Under the pieces are notes generated by a model. The model was not told where the DNA came from and searched no databases. It saw nothing but the letters and a program-made list of their open reading frames with translations. A DNA stretch of 64,000 bases, taken from assembly GCA_965237955.1 (NCBI GenBank), contig OZ250169.1:3392001-3456000 (forward strand), written 5' to 3'. The stretch is from Candidatus Marinacidobacterales bacterium (GTDB taxonomy: Bacteria; Acidobacteriota; Vicinamibacteria; Marinacidobacterales; SMYC01). Of the stretch, positions 20,197-30,909 are shown piece after piece; position 1 is the first letter of the stretch; each line of letters opens with the position of its first letter. Both the position numbers and the translations under genes were made by a program.

Positions 20197-21558
20197 ATGC
20201 ATCGATCGCTGTTGCTTGTCGCGCTCCTTGTTTCGCCTGTCGCCGTCAGCGCTCAAGAGGACGACGACAAGCGGAAGCCGACCAGCCGGCAGGAGATCCG
20301 AGAGCGAGAGCGCGAGAAGAAAGCGGAGAACCTCGAGCCCTACGAGGTTTCCGACGCCGAAAAGAGACTCCTGGGTTGGGAGAAAAAGAAGTTCCCGCAG
20401 AACTGGCTCGTCAATGGCTGGCGTGGATTCCGGCCTGTGTTCGGCGGCATGCCTTCGGGCTCGGGAACGGTCATCGGTGGCGGCTATATCCACGGACTCG
20501 AAGCCCAGTACTTCCAGTTTCAGGCCAACGCGCGGTGGTCGACCAAGGGTTACACGACAGCGGACGCCGAGGTCGTCCTCCCGCCACCGCAAATCGGCCG
20601 TCGCGTCGAGCTCAAAGTTCGCGGTGAGTACCGTGACCTGACCGCGCTGAGTTTCTACGGGATTGGCAACGACTCCAGCCTCGAGAACGAGTCGTCCTTC
20701 CTGTTGAACGACCAGAGCGCGACAGCCTACTTCTGGCTCAATCCGCGCGGTCTTTTGTCGCTAGTCCCCTGTATCAGAACAAACTAGATAAAGCAGAGCT
20801 TGCCGAAACCATTCTAAGTGCATGAATCTTATGAATCTTATGGGCTGGCGAAAAGCCTAACTTTGTATAGTAATCAAAGATCCAGGGGACTAGGCGTACA
20901 GGGAGGGTTTCTTACCTCGGACGCCGACCGAGGCACGGACGCGCCGTCGATCGAGGAGGTGTTCACCCCGGAACAGGTGCCGGGCTCGGACGCCCTGCGA
21001 ACGGACTACATCGTGACCGGCGGCTGGATCGAGTTCGACATTCGAGACAAGTGGGCGAGCCCGCCGGTCGGGATCGTGGCGCGGGTTACCGGCGAGCGGT
21101 ATGAAGACACGAAACTAGACGAGTTCGACTTTACCCGTGTCGTCGCCGACATCAAAGGCTACATCCCTCTCGGTACGCGCAATCGCATTCTCGCACTCCG
21201 ATTGCGCACGTCGCACTCGATCGATGACGACGACGACCAAGTGCCCTTCTATTTGATGGAAACTCTCGGCGGTGCCAAAACGATTCGCGGCTACGACGAG
21301 TTTCGATTTCGGGATGCGCGCAACCTCTACGTTTCCGCCGAGTATCGTTGGGAAGTGTGGCCGTTCGTCGACTTCTCACTCTTTTTCGACGCCGGCAAAG
21401 TCTTCGACGATCTCGATGACTTCAATTTCGACAAGATGCATACCGGGTATGGGGTCGGCTTGAGAATCCATACGCCCGGGGGCGTGGCGTTTCGCATGGA
21501 TGTGGCTCACAGTACCGAGGGGTTCAAGCTGCATATCAGTGGGGGGCCGACATTTTGA
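20197..21558 (+). pseudogene. BamA/TamA (Omp85) family outer-membrane protein interrupted by a MITE
   Basis: Signal peptide; LGGAKTIRGY, FFDAGKV, GYGVGLR, terminal F. Removing 129 bp (20765-20893) restores ...GLLSLGVQGGF in frame. Confidence 0.85.
20765..20889. mobile_element. 125-bp MITE with 11-bp terminal inverted repeats and CTAG duplication
   Basis: ctag|tcccctgtatc ... gatccagggga|ctag (10/11 match); AT-rich; no transposase. Confidence 0.88.
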
Positions 21559-23221
21559 TGCGTGGTACTGGTCTTCTACTTTGGATGGTGCTCTTCGCGA
21601 CTCCTGTCGGAGCTCAGAAGTTCTATCCCGACGATCCGCTCTTGGTGGACGACGACAAGCTCGACGTAGCTAACCAGCCCGCTGAGATCGAGCTTTCCGA
21701 CATGTACGACCGCTTCGGCCACATGTTCAAGGATTGGGGCGCGTCCCCCATGGGGAGTGAGGCGAGAAACGCCAACACACTCGACGAAGTGCCCGACAGC
21801 AGCTGGTTCACGAACCGCCACGGGGCACGGCGTATGAGTATCGACGAGCTCACCCGTGGGCCGAACCGCGGGGCCGGACCGGATCCGAACGAGACGTGGA
21901 CGGTGTTCGCCAGCAAGAGGCAGGGGCTCACGCCCGGATTTCAAATCTACGACGAGAAAGACGACCGCTACGTTATCAAGCTCGACCCGGTCGAAATCTC
22001 CGAGCTCGCCTCGGCGGCCGAGGTCATCGCGACCAAGATTTTCTACGCGCTCGGCTACAACGCTCCGGAGAACTACATCGTCCGCGTGAACCCGGAGCAG
22101 TTCACCATCGAGCCCGGGACCGAGATCGAAGACAGCTTCGGCGACAAGATGCCTCTGTCAGATTGGCGTTTCCGACGCTCGATCCGCCTCGTGCCTCTGC
22201 TCGAGGACGGGACGATGCGTGTCGTCGCGAGCAAGTACTTGTCCGGGATCCCTCTCGGTCCATTCCGGTACTACGAGACGCGGAGCGACGATCCCAACGA
22301 CGTGATCGACACGAGGATCGGCGCGAGCTCCGGGGCTTGAGACTGTTCGCAGCGTGGCTGAACCACGACGACACCCGCGCTCAGAATACGCAAGACTCCT
22401 GGGTAGAAGAAAACGGCAAACACTATGTACGGCACTATCTTCTGGACTATGGTTCCACGTTCGGGAGTGGGTCCGTCGACATGCAACGCGCCGAGTTGGG
22501 GTTCAACTACGCGATAGACTTCAAGGAAATGAAACGGAACCTGTTGGGATTCGGTTTCCGTGTCCCCGAGTACCGCCACGCGAAGTGGCCGCCGTACCCC
22601 GAGTACGAGGCAATAGGTCGATGGGAAGGTGAGCTCTTCGACTGCGAAGGTTGGCGAAACGATTACCCGAACCCCGCGTTCCGGCGGATGACGGCGCGCG
22701 ATGCGTTCTGGGCAGCGAAGATCGTGATGCGGTTCACCCGCGAAGAGCTCCAGGCCATTGTCGAGACCGGCGAATATACCAATCCGGACAATCCGGTGTA
22801 CTTTCTCGAGGTACTCCTCGAGCGCCAGCGGAAATGCGGCCGCTTCGGCATCAACGCCATCAATCCGCTCGACGAGTTTCGTCTCGACAGCGATGTGCTC
22901 GAGTTCACGAATCTTTCGGAGCACTACGGCTTTGTCAACGCCGACACCCGCTACAACGTCTCGCGGTCGAGCTACGACAACGAGCGCGACGAGCGGCGGA
23001 CGCTGAGCGATCCGGTAACGCAGTCGCGGACGCGCATCGAGCTTCCCGATGGCGATGGCAACTTCCTGCTCGTGGAGATCCGCTCGTTGAACGAGGACTA
23101 CCCGCACTGGAGCACGGCCGTCGGCGTCTATCTTCGACCTGAGGGCCCCAAGGGCGCGGGCTACGAAATCGTCGGCATCGACCGCGAGAGTCCGGAAGAA
23201 TCGACGTTCCCGATGAACTAG
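21558..23221 (+). CDS. Secreted hypothetical protein with atypical kinase-like (HipA/PI3K/CotH-type) motifs; frameshift near 22310
   Basis: Signal peptide; YVIKLD, AAEVIA, WLNHDDTRAQN, YLLDYGSTFG; two ORFs joined at gtgatcgacacgaggat. Confidence 0.6.
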
Positions 23222-23287
23222 TGTCCTCAAGCCGATCTTCCTTTCTCATGCGTTTGTGGTGTAAATTGGCGGGGGAATTGGCGTCGT

Positions 23288-24895
23288 ATGGAAGAACAGG
23301 GAGAATCCCGAAGTCATCACGGTCTCGAGCATCATGGAATCGTCAACGCGAATGCGGTGTGGTGGAACCTGTCCACGCCCGCGCTCTACGAGCATGCGGT
23401 TCAACGGCGCGAGGGGCTCATCGCCTATCGGGGTTCACTCGTGGTCCGTACCGGCCAGTACACGGGACGCTCGCCCGACGACAAGTACATCGTCCGCGAG
23501 CCCGGGAGCGAGAACGATATCTGGTGGAATGCGGCGAAGCCGTTCGAGCCCGAGCACTACGAGAAGCTGAAAGCGCCGCTCACCGCATATCTTCAAGGAC
23601 AAGACCTCTTCGTCCAGGACTGTTACGCGGGCGCACATCCCGACTACCAGATTCCCATTCGAGTGGTGAACACACGCGCGTGGCACAACTTGTTTGCGCG
23701 TAACATGTTCATTCGCGAGCACGATCGCGAAAAGCTCGAATCCCACGTGCCGCTGTTCACCGTGATCGATGCACCGCTGTTCAACGCCGTTCCCGAACAA
23801 GACGGCACCCGCTCCGAGGTGTTCGTCGTCCTCAACTTCGACAAACGTGAAGTCATCATTGGCGGAACCGACTACGCGGGGGAGATCAAGAAATCGATCC
23901 TTACCGTCATGACCTACGTGCTGCCGCCGAAAAACGTGTTGCCGATGCACTGTTCGGCGAACTACGGGAAGGACGAGAACGACCTGGCTATCTTCTTCGG
24001 GCTTTCGGGAACAGGGAAGACGACGCTTTCTGCCGACCCGGAGAGAAAGCTCATCGGCGACGACGAGCACGGCTGGGGCGACAAAGGAGTCTTCAATTTC
24101 GTAGGGGGATGCTACGCAAAAGTGATCCGTCTGTCGAAGGAGGGCGAGCCCGAGATCTACGAGACCACACGGATGTTCGGCACGATCCTCGAAAACGTCG
24201 TCCTCGATTCGAAGAGTCGCCGTTTGGATCTGGATAGCGACGTATTCACCGAGAACACGCGCGCCTCGTACCCGATTAGCCATATCCCGAACGTCGCCGC
24301 AAGCGGCACCGGCGGGCACCCCCAACAAATTCTCATGCTCACCGCGGATGCATTTGGCGTGTTGCCGCCTATCGCCAAGCTCACCCCGGAGCAAGCGATG
24401 TACCATTTCCTCTCGGGCTACACCGCCAAGGTCGCCGGAACCGAGCGCGGAATCACCGAGCCGCAGGCCACCTTCAGCGCGTGCTTCGGTGCTCCGTTCA
24501 TGTCGCGAAAACAGGCCGTCTACGCGAAGATGCTCGGCGACAGCATCGCGAAGCACGACATGAGCGTGTGGCTCGTGAACACCGGCTGGACCGGCGGCGC
24601 CTATGGTGAAGGTGAGAGGATGAAGCTCGGCTATACGCGCAACCTGGTACGTGCCGCGCTGAGCGGTGCTCTCGATGAAGTGGAGACGGTAGAGCATCCG
24701 ATCTTCGGCGTCCACGTCCCACGATCCTGTCCGGACGTGCCTTCCGGCGTGCTCGATCCGCGCTCTACCTGGGCGAACCCCGAGGCCTACGACAAGCAGG
24801 CCCGAAAGCTCGCAAGCATGTTCGACGAGAACTTCGAGCAGTTCCGTGCCGATGTGTCGGAGGAGGTCCGCGCGGCGGCTCCTACGACGGCGTGA
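23288..24895 (+). CDS. pckA: Phosphoenolpyruvate carboxykinase (ATP)
   Basis: [49 protein letters not shown]. Confidence 0.97.
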   Translation: MEEQGESRSHHGLEHHGIVNANAVWWNLSTPALYEHAVQRREGLIAYRGSLVVRTGQYTGRSPDDKYIVREPGSENDIWWNAAKPFEPEHYEKLKAPLTAYLQGQDLFVQDCYAGAHPDYQIPIRVVNTRAWHNLFARNMFIREHDREKLESHVPLFTVIDAPLFNAVPEQDGTRSEVFVVLNFDKREVIIGGTDYAGEIKKSILTVMTYVLPPKNVLPMHCSANYGKDENDLAIFFGLSGTGKTTLSADPERKLIGDDEHGWGDKGVFNFVGGCYAKVIRLSKEGEPEIYETTRMFGTILENVVLDSKSRRLDLDSDVFTENTRASYPISHIPNVAASGTGGHPQQILMLTADAFGVLPPIAKLTPEQAMYHFLSGYTAKVAGTERGITEPQATFSACFGAPFMSRKQAVYAKMLGDSIAKHDMSVWLVNTGWTGGAYGEGERMKLGYTRNLVRAALSGALDEVETVEHPIFGVHVPRSCPDVPSGVLDPRSTWANPEAYDKQARKLASMFDENFEQFRADVSEEVRAAAPTTA

Positions 24896-24897
24896 TC

Positions 24898-24929
24898 GGC
24901 ATTGGGCATTCGGCATCCGGCATTCGGGA
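24898..24929. repeat. 7-bp tandem array variant (ggcattc), single arm
   Basis: ggcattg ggcattc ggcatcc ggcattc, 2 bp after the pckA stop. Confidence 0.75.
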
Positions 24930-24980
24930 TCTCTTCGTGCACCCTCTTGTCATCGTGCCTTCGTGCAGAGAGTCAGTCGA

Positions 24981-25730
24981 ATGAAGAAGCTTGTCTTGTT
25001 GCGGCATGGGCAGAGTGTTTGGAACAAAGAGAATCGGTTTACCGGGTGGACCGACGTCGATCTTACCGAGCAAGGGGTTTTCGAGGCTCGGGAGGCCGGG
25101 CGAGTTCTGAAGCAGGACGGGTACACGTTCGATATCGCGTACACATCTGTTCTCAAGCGGGCCATCCGGACGCTTTGGCTTGTGCTCGACGAGATGGACA
25201 TGATGTGGATTCCCGTGCGTCGTAACTGGCGTTTGAACGAGCGCCATTATGGAGCGCTTCAAGGCCTCGGCAAGTTGGAGACCGCGGAACAACACGGCAT
25301 GGATCAAGTCAAGATCTGGCGCCGAAGCTACAAGACGACGACGCCGCCGTTGGAGCGCGACGATGAACGGTTCCCGGGCCATGATCCGCGCTACGCGGAT
25401 CTCTCCGAAGCCAATCTGCCCGTGAGCGAATGCTTGAAAGACACCGTCGCGCGGTTTCTACCCTATTGGAAGGAAACGATCGCGCCCGACGTCGCGAGCG
25501 GCAAACGTGTTCTCATCGCCGCCCACGGCAACAGTCTCCGGGCGCTGGTGAAGTACCTCGACGACGTCTCCGACGATGACATCGTCGGACTGAACATTCC
25601 CACGGGTATTCCGCTCGTCTACGAGCTCGACGACGACCTGACCCCGATCCGGAACTACTACTTGGGCGATCCCGACGAAGTAAGAAAAGCTACCGCCGCC
25701 GTCGCATCTCAACTCCACAAGAAAGACTAA
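24981..25730 (+). CDS. gpmA: 2,3-bisphosphoglycerate-dependent phosphoglycerate mutase
   Basis: [35 protein letters not shown]. Confidence 0.97.
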   Translation: MKKLVLLRHGQSVWNKENRFTGWTDVDLTEQGVFEAREAGRVLKQDGYTFDIAYTSVLKRAIRTLWLVLDEMDMMWIPVRRNWRLNERHYGALQGLGKLETAEQHGMDQVKIWRRSYKTTTPPLERDDERFPGHDPRYADLSEANLPVSECLKDTVARFLPYWKETIAPDVASGKRVLIAAHGNSLRALVKYLDDVSDDDIVGLNIPTGIPLVYELDDDLTPIRNYYLGDPDEVRKATAAVASQLHKKD

Positions 25731-25735
25731 GAAAA

Positions 25736-25812
25736 AACGCAAAGACGCAAAGGCGCAAGGGCGCAAGGTGAAGCGCCTCCGGCGCCGATTCTCTCTTTGC
25801 GCCCTTGCGTTT
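25736..25812. repeat. Inverted 8-bp array pair, copy 2
   Basis: aacgcaaa gacgcaaa ggcgcaag ggcgcaagg ... ctttgcgc ccttgcgt tt between convergent genes. Confidence 0.85.
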
Positions 25813-25827
25813 GTTTTCCGGATCGAG

Positions 25828-28533
25828 CTAAATGCGATTTTGGATGTTCGACATTGCTCTTGATGCGTAATCTCTGGTCTTAACGTCGTCGTTGCTTTGC
25901 AAACTCTCCAGAAGCGCCATGCTGTTACGGTCGCCGAGTCTGCCGATCGCTTCTATGGCGTTCAGACGTGCGAGGTCATAATCATCGGCTAGCCGCTCTT
26001 CGAGACGTCTCAGATCTTCGCTTCGGCCCAACCGGCCGACAACGTAGATGGCGCATGCGCGTACCCACGGCGAGCGGTGGCGGGTGAGCTCGGACAGCAC
26101 CTCGTGGGACTCTCTCGAGGGGAGCTCGAAAAAGGAGCTACCGTGCTCGGCGATGGCCCGCGGGTTCTCGTGCTCGAACAGCGGCAAGATGCCACCGAGG
26201 AGCGCCGGCTCGACACGGACTTCGAGCGCTTCGATCGCACTCGATCGCACGTAACGGTCGGGGTGATTCAAGTTGCTGAGGATGAGCCGCATCCCAGGCT
26301 CGCTGATGAAGACCGACCGTAGAACTTGATGCGCGTTGCGCTTCGCACGCGCGACTCTGTGGACGATCGAATCTTTGAGAAGCTCGAGCGCGGGGTCTTC
26401 GGTCACGCGGGTCAAACGGGTCAACGCTTCGAGCCGTAACAAATCGTAGTACGCCTCTTCGGCCTCCAAGGATAGGACCGGGAGAAGTGCCTGGCGCGCA
26501 CGCTCGGTTCCGATGCGATCGAGCGCGCGGATCACATAGCGGCGCCCTTCGACGTCGGCGCTCCAGAGCGCGAGCGTGAGCATGTCGATCGCGGGCTCTC
26601 CGCAGCTTTCGAGCGCACGGGCGGCGAGATGACGCGTGGCTCCGTCGCCCTCCTCTAGATAATGTATGAGGCGCTTGAGCGCATCGCGTTCTCCGGAGCG
26701 AGCGAGGTCGAGAAACTGCTCGCGCTTCGCGGATTTGGTTTCGGCTTCGGGCTTGGGCTCGGGTTTGGACTTGGACTTGGACTTGTCAGTGCTGCGGGGC
26801 GGGGCTGGCTCGGGAGCGCTCGCGGCGGGTGCCGCCTCATGCTCATGTTCATCGGGAGCGGTCAGGTCCTCGACGCGGAAGATGCCGCTTTCGGCGATCG
26901 ACGTCATCCCGCTGGCTCGCACCCGGGGGTCTCGATGCTCGAGGCTTTCTCGCTCGGGTACGTCGTTTTGGCGGTGCACCATCTTCCCGAGCGCGGAAAG
27001 CATGCGCGTCCGCACGTCCGCGTCCGTTTCTTCGCGGAAACGCTCCACTAGCAGCGACGCCGCCTCGGGCGCTTTCAGCTCGCTCGCGACTTCCACCGCG
27101 AGCAAGCGCACCGAAGCCTCGTCGTTTTCGAGAGCCCGCCTCAGCCCGGAAACGTGTGCCGGCGGCTCCTGCTTCTGGACGACGTGCATCATCGTGGACG
27201 GGAACGCGAATCGGAATCGGCTCCTCTCCTTGAGCACACGAACGAGGCTCTCGACGTAGTGTTCTTTGAGCTGAACCGTGAGTAGCAGAAAAGCCACGGA
27301 AAGCAGGAGCGCACCGCCGAGAATGTATTGGAGAGGTAGCGCGGTCCCGACCATGAGGAACAACCCTCCGAGGAGAACGCCGAAGGGCTCGATCACGGTT
27401 TCCTTGAACGCTTTCGCGCGACCGCGCCGCTCGCCGGGAATCGCGTTGTAGACGAGGTCGGTGGAGGTCCGCACAAGTGAGATGCGGAGCACTTTTTGGA
27501 TCGATCGCGACGCCAACACGACGTTGAAGACGACTCGCACCATCTGACCGCCCGCCGCGAGCCAGACACTACCGATGGCGACAAAGGCTCCGAGGAACGT
27601 GAGCGGTGCCAAAAGGAATCCGCGAGTCACCCCTACCGAGGAGATGATGCGATTCGCCAACAGGAACTGCACGAGAGAGCCTGCCGCGAGAACGACCGCG
27701 TTCAACACCGCGTAGAACGACGTGAGCTCGTCGATGGATCCGAAGGTGGCGTGCGCCGCCTTGCCCATCAAGAAATCGAGCACCTGTGCGAGCAGAGCCA
27801 GGAGGAGCAAGCTGAGCGAAAGCGTGCGCAACAGTCCGGAGCTCAGCGAGGCCTCCAAGTCCGCACGCAGTCCCTTCCACAGCCCGATTAACGTGTAGAG
27901 TGTGTGGGCCCGATGGGGCGTTTCGCGGCGCAGCGGGAAGTGGCTTCGCCATCGCCGCGATACGAGAAATATGGGGACGATCCCCGCCGCGAGGAGAGCA
28001 CCGGCCGCGGTGAGAAACGACTCGGTGCCGAAGCGTCCGGCGAGAAGAGCCGTGGCAACCGAGGCGACGAGCCCACCCATGAGGCTGAAGCCGAGGAGCA
28101 CTGGAAACAGCCGCTTCGCCTGGCGGATGTCCAGAAGGTCGCCCGCAAGAAGCCAGAACTGGAGAAACACGAGGCTCTTCATCAGGTAGCACGCGATGTA
28201 GAGCTCCCGATAGACGAACGCCGGCGCGCGGTCGGCGAGCGCCGTCGAGGCGAGAACAATCGCCGAGAACACGACCAAGATGACGCTGAAGAGCTTGGCT
28301 CGATCGAGACGATCGATGACGGGGATGATGATGAGTCCGACGAAGATGAGGGCCAAAGCACTCGCCGAATAAACTTCGGGAAGCGTATCGGGTCCGAGAC
28401 GGCGGATGAGAAGAGCGGTCGCGCTGATGTCGACGAGACTGTGCGCGGCGGCCAGCAGGAAGTGCAGCAGACCGAGGGTGAGGATGAGCCGCCGGTCACC
28501 CTCGAGGACGTTGAGTGCCTTAGCGAGTTTCAA
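25828..28533 (-). CDS. Npt1/Npt2 (TLC-like MFS) transporter fused to HEAT repeats
   Basis: About 12 TM segments, QFWLLAGDLLDIRQAKRLFP, YNAIPGERRGRAKAF; C-terminal VR..A...L HEAT repeats. Confidence 0.85.
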   Translation of the reverse strand: MKLAKALNVLEGDRRLILTLGLLHFLLAAAHSLVDISATALLIRRLGPDTLPEVYSASALALIFVGLIIIPVIDRLDRAKLFSVILVVFSAIVLASTALADRAPAFVYRELYIACYLMKSLVFLQFWLLAGDLLDIRQAKRLFPVLLGFSLMGGLVASVATALLAGRFGTESFLTAAGALLAAGIVPIFLVSRRWRSHFPLRRETPHRAHTLYTLIGLWKGLRADLEASLSSGLLRTLSLSLLLLALLAQVLDFLMGKAAHATFGSIDELTSFYAVLNAVVLAAGSLVQFLLANRIISSVGVTRGFLLAPLTFLGAFVAIGSVWLAAGGQMVRVVFNVVLASRSIQKVLRISLVRTSTDLVYNAIPGERRGRAKAFKETVIEPFGVLLGGLFLMVGTALPLQYILGGALLLSVAFLLLTVQLKEHYVESLVRVLKERSRFRFAFPSTMMHVVQKQEPPAHVSGLRRALENDEASVRLLAVEVASELKAPEAASLLVERFREETDADVRTRMLSALGKMVHRQNDVPERESLEHRDPRVRASGMTSIAESGIFRVEDLTAPDEHEHEAAPAASAPEPAPPRSTDKSKSKSKPEPKPEAETKSAKREQFLDLARSGERDALKRLIHYLEEGDGATRHLAARALESCGEPAIDMLTLALWSADVEGRRYVIRALDRIGTERARQALLPVLSLEAEEAYYDLLRLEALTRLTRVTEDPALELLKDSIVHRVARAKRNAHQVLRSVFISEPGMRLILSNLNHPDRYVRSSAIEALEVRVEPALLGGILPLFEHENPRAIAEHGSSFFELPSRESHEVLSELTRHRSPWVRACAIYVVGRLGRSEDLRRLEERLADDYDLARLNAIEAIGRLGDRNSMALLESLQSNDDVKTRDYASRAMSNIQNRI

Positions 28534-28996
28534 GGCCGAGCCGTCGTGCCTCTTCCATCAACTTCCGGTAGCGTTGATCCGACTGGCGCAGGCGTCGGGT
28601 GAGCTCGCGGAATACCTCGAAGGCGATATCGGGGTAGTCTTGAACCGCCGAGCGGAAATCGTTCTTGTGGAGCACGAGAAGACTGGAGTCCTCGTCGGTG
28701 ACAGCGGTGGCAGAGCGAGGCCGGTCATCGATAATTGCCATTTCTCCGAAATGGCCTCCTTTCGCGACCACGTCCACCCGAGTTTGCTCGCCTCCGACGT
28801 CTTGTAGCACGCTGACCTGACCGCTTCGCACGAGGTACATCTCGTCGCCGAGATCCTGTTCGGCGAACACCACCTCGCCCGATCGGACCGTTTTCTCATG
28901 GATGAAGTCAGAAAGTCGTTTCAGGCCTTCTCCGGGGACTTCGCGGAACAGAGGCGTGCTCTTCAACGCAAGGATCACTTCCATCACGGAGAGCAT
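28520..28996 (-). CDS. Stand-alone cyclic nucleotide-binding domain protein
   Basis: LKSTPLF, GDEMYLV, FGEMAIIDDRPRSATA; no HTH. Confidence 0.88.
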   Translation of the reverse strand: MLSVMEVILALKSTPLFREVPGEGLKRLSDFIHEKTVRSGEVVFAEQDLGDEMYLVRSGQVSVLQDVGGEQTRVDVVAKGGHFGEMAIIDDRPRSATAVTDEDSSLLVLHKNDFRSAVQDYPDIAFEVFRELTRRLRQSDQRYRKLMEEARRLGLETR

Positions 28997-29003
28997 GGCG
29001 GGG

Positions 29004-29056
29004 ATTATAGATGAAGACACCCTAATAAGCCCACGATCCTTAATAAGTCCCCGATC
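29004..29056 (-). promoter_or_regulatory. TATAAT -10 element 7 nt before the cNMP gene ATG (probably leaderless), with upstream 18-bp direct repeat
   Basis: attata at 29004-29009; cctaataagcccacgatc / cttaataagtccccgatc (15/18) at 29021-29056. Confidence 0.5.
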
Positions 29057-29093
29057 GGCTTCGGCGGGTCCGCCGTAGCCTTGGCGGAGGCGG
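29057..29093 (-). repeat. REP-like element (ccgcctccgccaaggctacggcgg family)
   Basis: Related copies at 30854-30905 and 57568-57594. Confidence 0.65.
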
Positions 29094-29396
29094 AAGCGAG
29101 GTCGGGTGAGGGTGCCACCCCAAAACTCGTGCTCTCTAGACGGCTGTCTATGGATCCGGGTCAGGCGACCCAAGTTGCAGCGAGTTGTGCGGTGGCTCCC
29201 TCACCCCCCTCGTATCGCCAGAGCTCGGTTTAGGGGGAAGCCCCCCCGCCCGTGTGGGGGGTGACCCCCGAAAACCTGTGCTGGAGATCACAGCGGCGCG
29301 AATCAATCGTGTATCTGTATTTTTTTGAACTAGTTACCTTGTGCACTGGATCCCGTTTCGGGCACGACCTTTGCTAGGTCTTTCCCGAGGCTACCT

Positions 29397-30837
29397 GTGG
29401 AAGAAACCCTGAACGAAACCGAGACGTCGGCGCCGACCGCGGGTGACGCGCCGGACGACGCGCCCGCCGTGAATGCTGCCAACGGGGATCTCGGTGCCGC
29501 CGTGATCGGCGAAGTCTGCGCCCCTCCAGTCCCCGTCACGGGAGCCACCGGACAGACTGGACAGGTGCCCTGCTATCGCGACGACTCGGAGGCGATCCAC
29601 GGCATGCTCGTGGACAACCGCTCGCTCGCACTTCTCTACGTGGATGCATCCAACCTGGCCGCGGTCGAGCACGACTACGGCGCAGCGATTTACGAACAGG
29701 TCCGGGCAATCTTGACGAACTTGATCCTGGATATGAGAGGCGTCGAGACCCGGCGCGACGACCTCGTCACCGTGAACGAGACCCACGGCGACACGTTCTT
29801 GATTTTCTTGTCGAAGAAACGCGAGGAGCGGCCGTTCGGGCAAGGCGATTTGGAAACGATGGCGGATCGCATTCACGAGTACTTGACGAGACGATTAACT
29901 CGTATGACGAGCTCGTATCTTCGTTCGACGGCTCAAGCTCGGCATCGGCTACAGCCTGGTGTTGCACAATCCGCTCATCAATGCGGATCGGCTGGTGCTG
30001 CAGCTCATCGAGGAAGCTCGACGCATGGCCGACATTCAGGATCATCGGCTCTCGGTCAAGAGCAAAGAAGTTCTCCAGGAGATCATCCTCAAAGAGGACG
30101 TGCGAACTCTGTTCCAACCGATCATCGATCTGAGATCACGCGAAACCCTGGGCTACGAAGGACTCACCCGGGGGCCACAGGGCACCGAGTTCGAAAGCCC
30201 GTACATGCTCTTCGACATCGCGACCGAATCGGATCTCGTGTTCGAGCTCGATCGTCTGTGTCGCCGCAACGCCATCACCTCGGCGAGAGAGTTGAAGCCA
30301 CAGCACAAGCTCTTCGTGAACCTTCGACCGACGACGATCCAGGACCCCGAGTTTCAAGGCGAGCGCATGCTGGCGTTCTTGAAGGAGAACAACCTGTCGC
30401 CGTCTCGAATCGTTCTCGAGTTCACCGAGCGTCTAGCGATCGAAAACTACGACCTGTTCTTGGAAGCGATGAAGGCATTCACCGACCTCGGGTTCGAGAT
30501 CGCTATCGACGACACGGGTGCCGGTTATTCGGGCCTCGAGAAAATCGTGCACTTGAACCCGAAGTATTTGAAGTTCGACTTGATGATGGTGCGCGATATC
30601 GACACCAGCTTCGTCAAGCGCGAGATGCTGAAGGCGATCCACTCGTTGGCGGTGAACGTCGGTGCCGACGTCATCGCCGAGGGCATCGAGCGCGTCGAGG
30701 AGCTCGAAACGCTTCTAGCGCTCGGTATCCCGTACGGTCAGGGATTCCTCTTTGCCCGGCCGACGCCCAAGTTCATCGAAGTACCCACCGTAGAACACCG
30801 TACCGTCAACGAAGTGCCCGGCTTGATCGTTGACTAG
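29397..30837 (+). CDS. Second EAL phosphodiesterase with degenerate GGDEF-like domain; frameshift near 29928
   Basis: N-part LLYVDAS...YG...HGDTFLIFL; C-part FQPI, EGLTR, EFTE, DDTGAGYS, AEGIE, GQG; paralog of 13387-14703. Confidence 0.85.
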
Positions 30838-30905
30838 GCCATCGGCCATCAGCCCGCCTCCGCTGAAGCTGCGGCGGGGCGCGCCGAACCCTAGCGCGAA
30901 GGCGG
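30838..30905. repeat. Two 7-bp units fused to a REP-like element
   Basis: gccatcg gccatca gc, then ccgcctccgctgaagctgcggcgg...cgaaggcgg. Confidence 0.65.
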
Positions 30906-30909
30906 CCCG

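Noticed and set aside
26740-26790. Hexamer repeats inside the transporter-HEAT gene
   Set aside because: They encode a KS/KP low-complexity linker in frame.
29155-29190. SRP RNA-like GGTCAGG...GCAGC
   Set aside because: Lacks the GNRA loop and AGCAG of helix 8.
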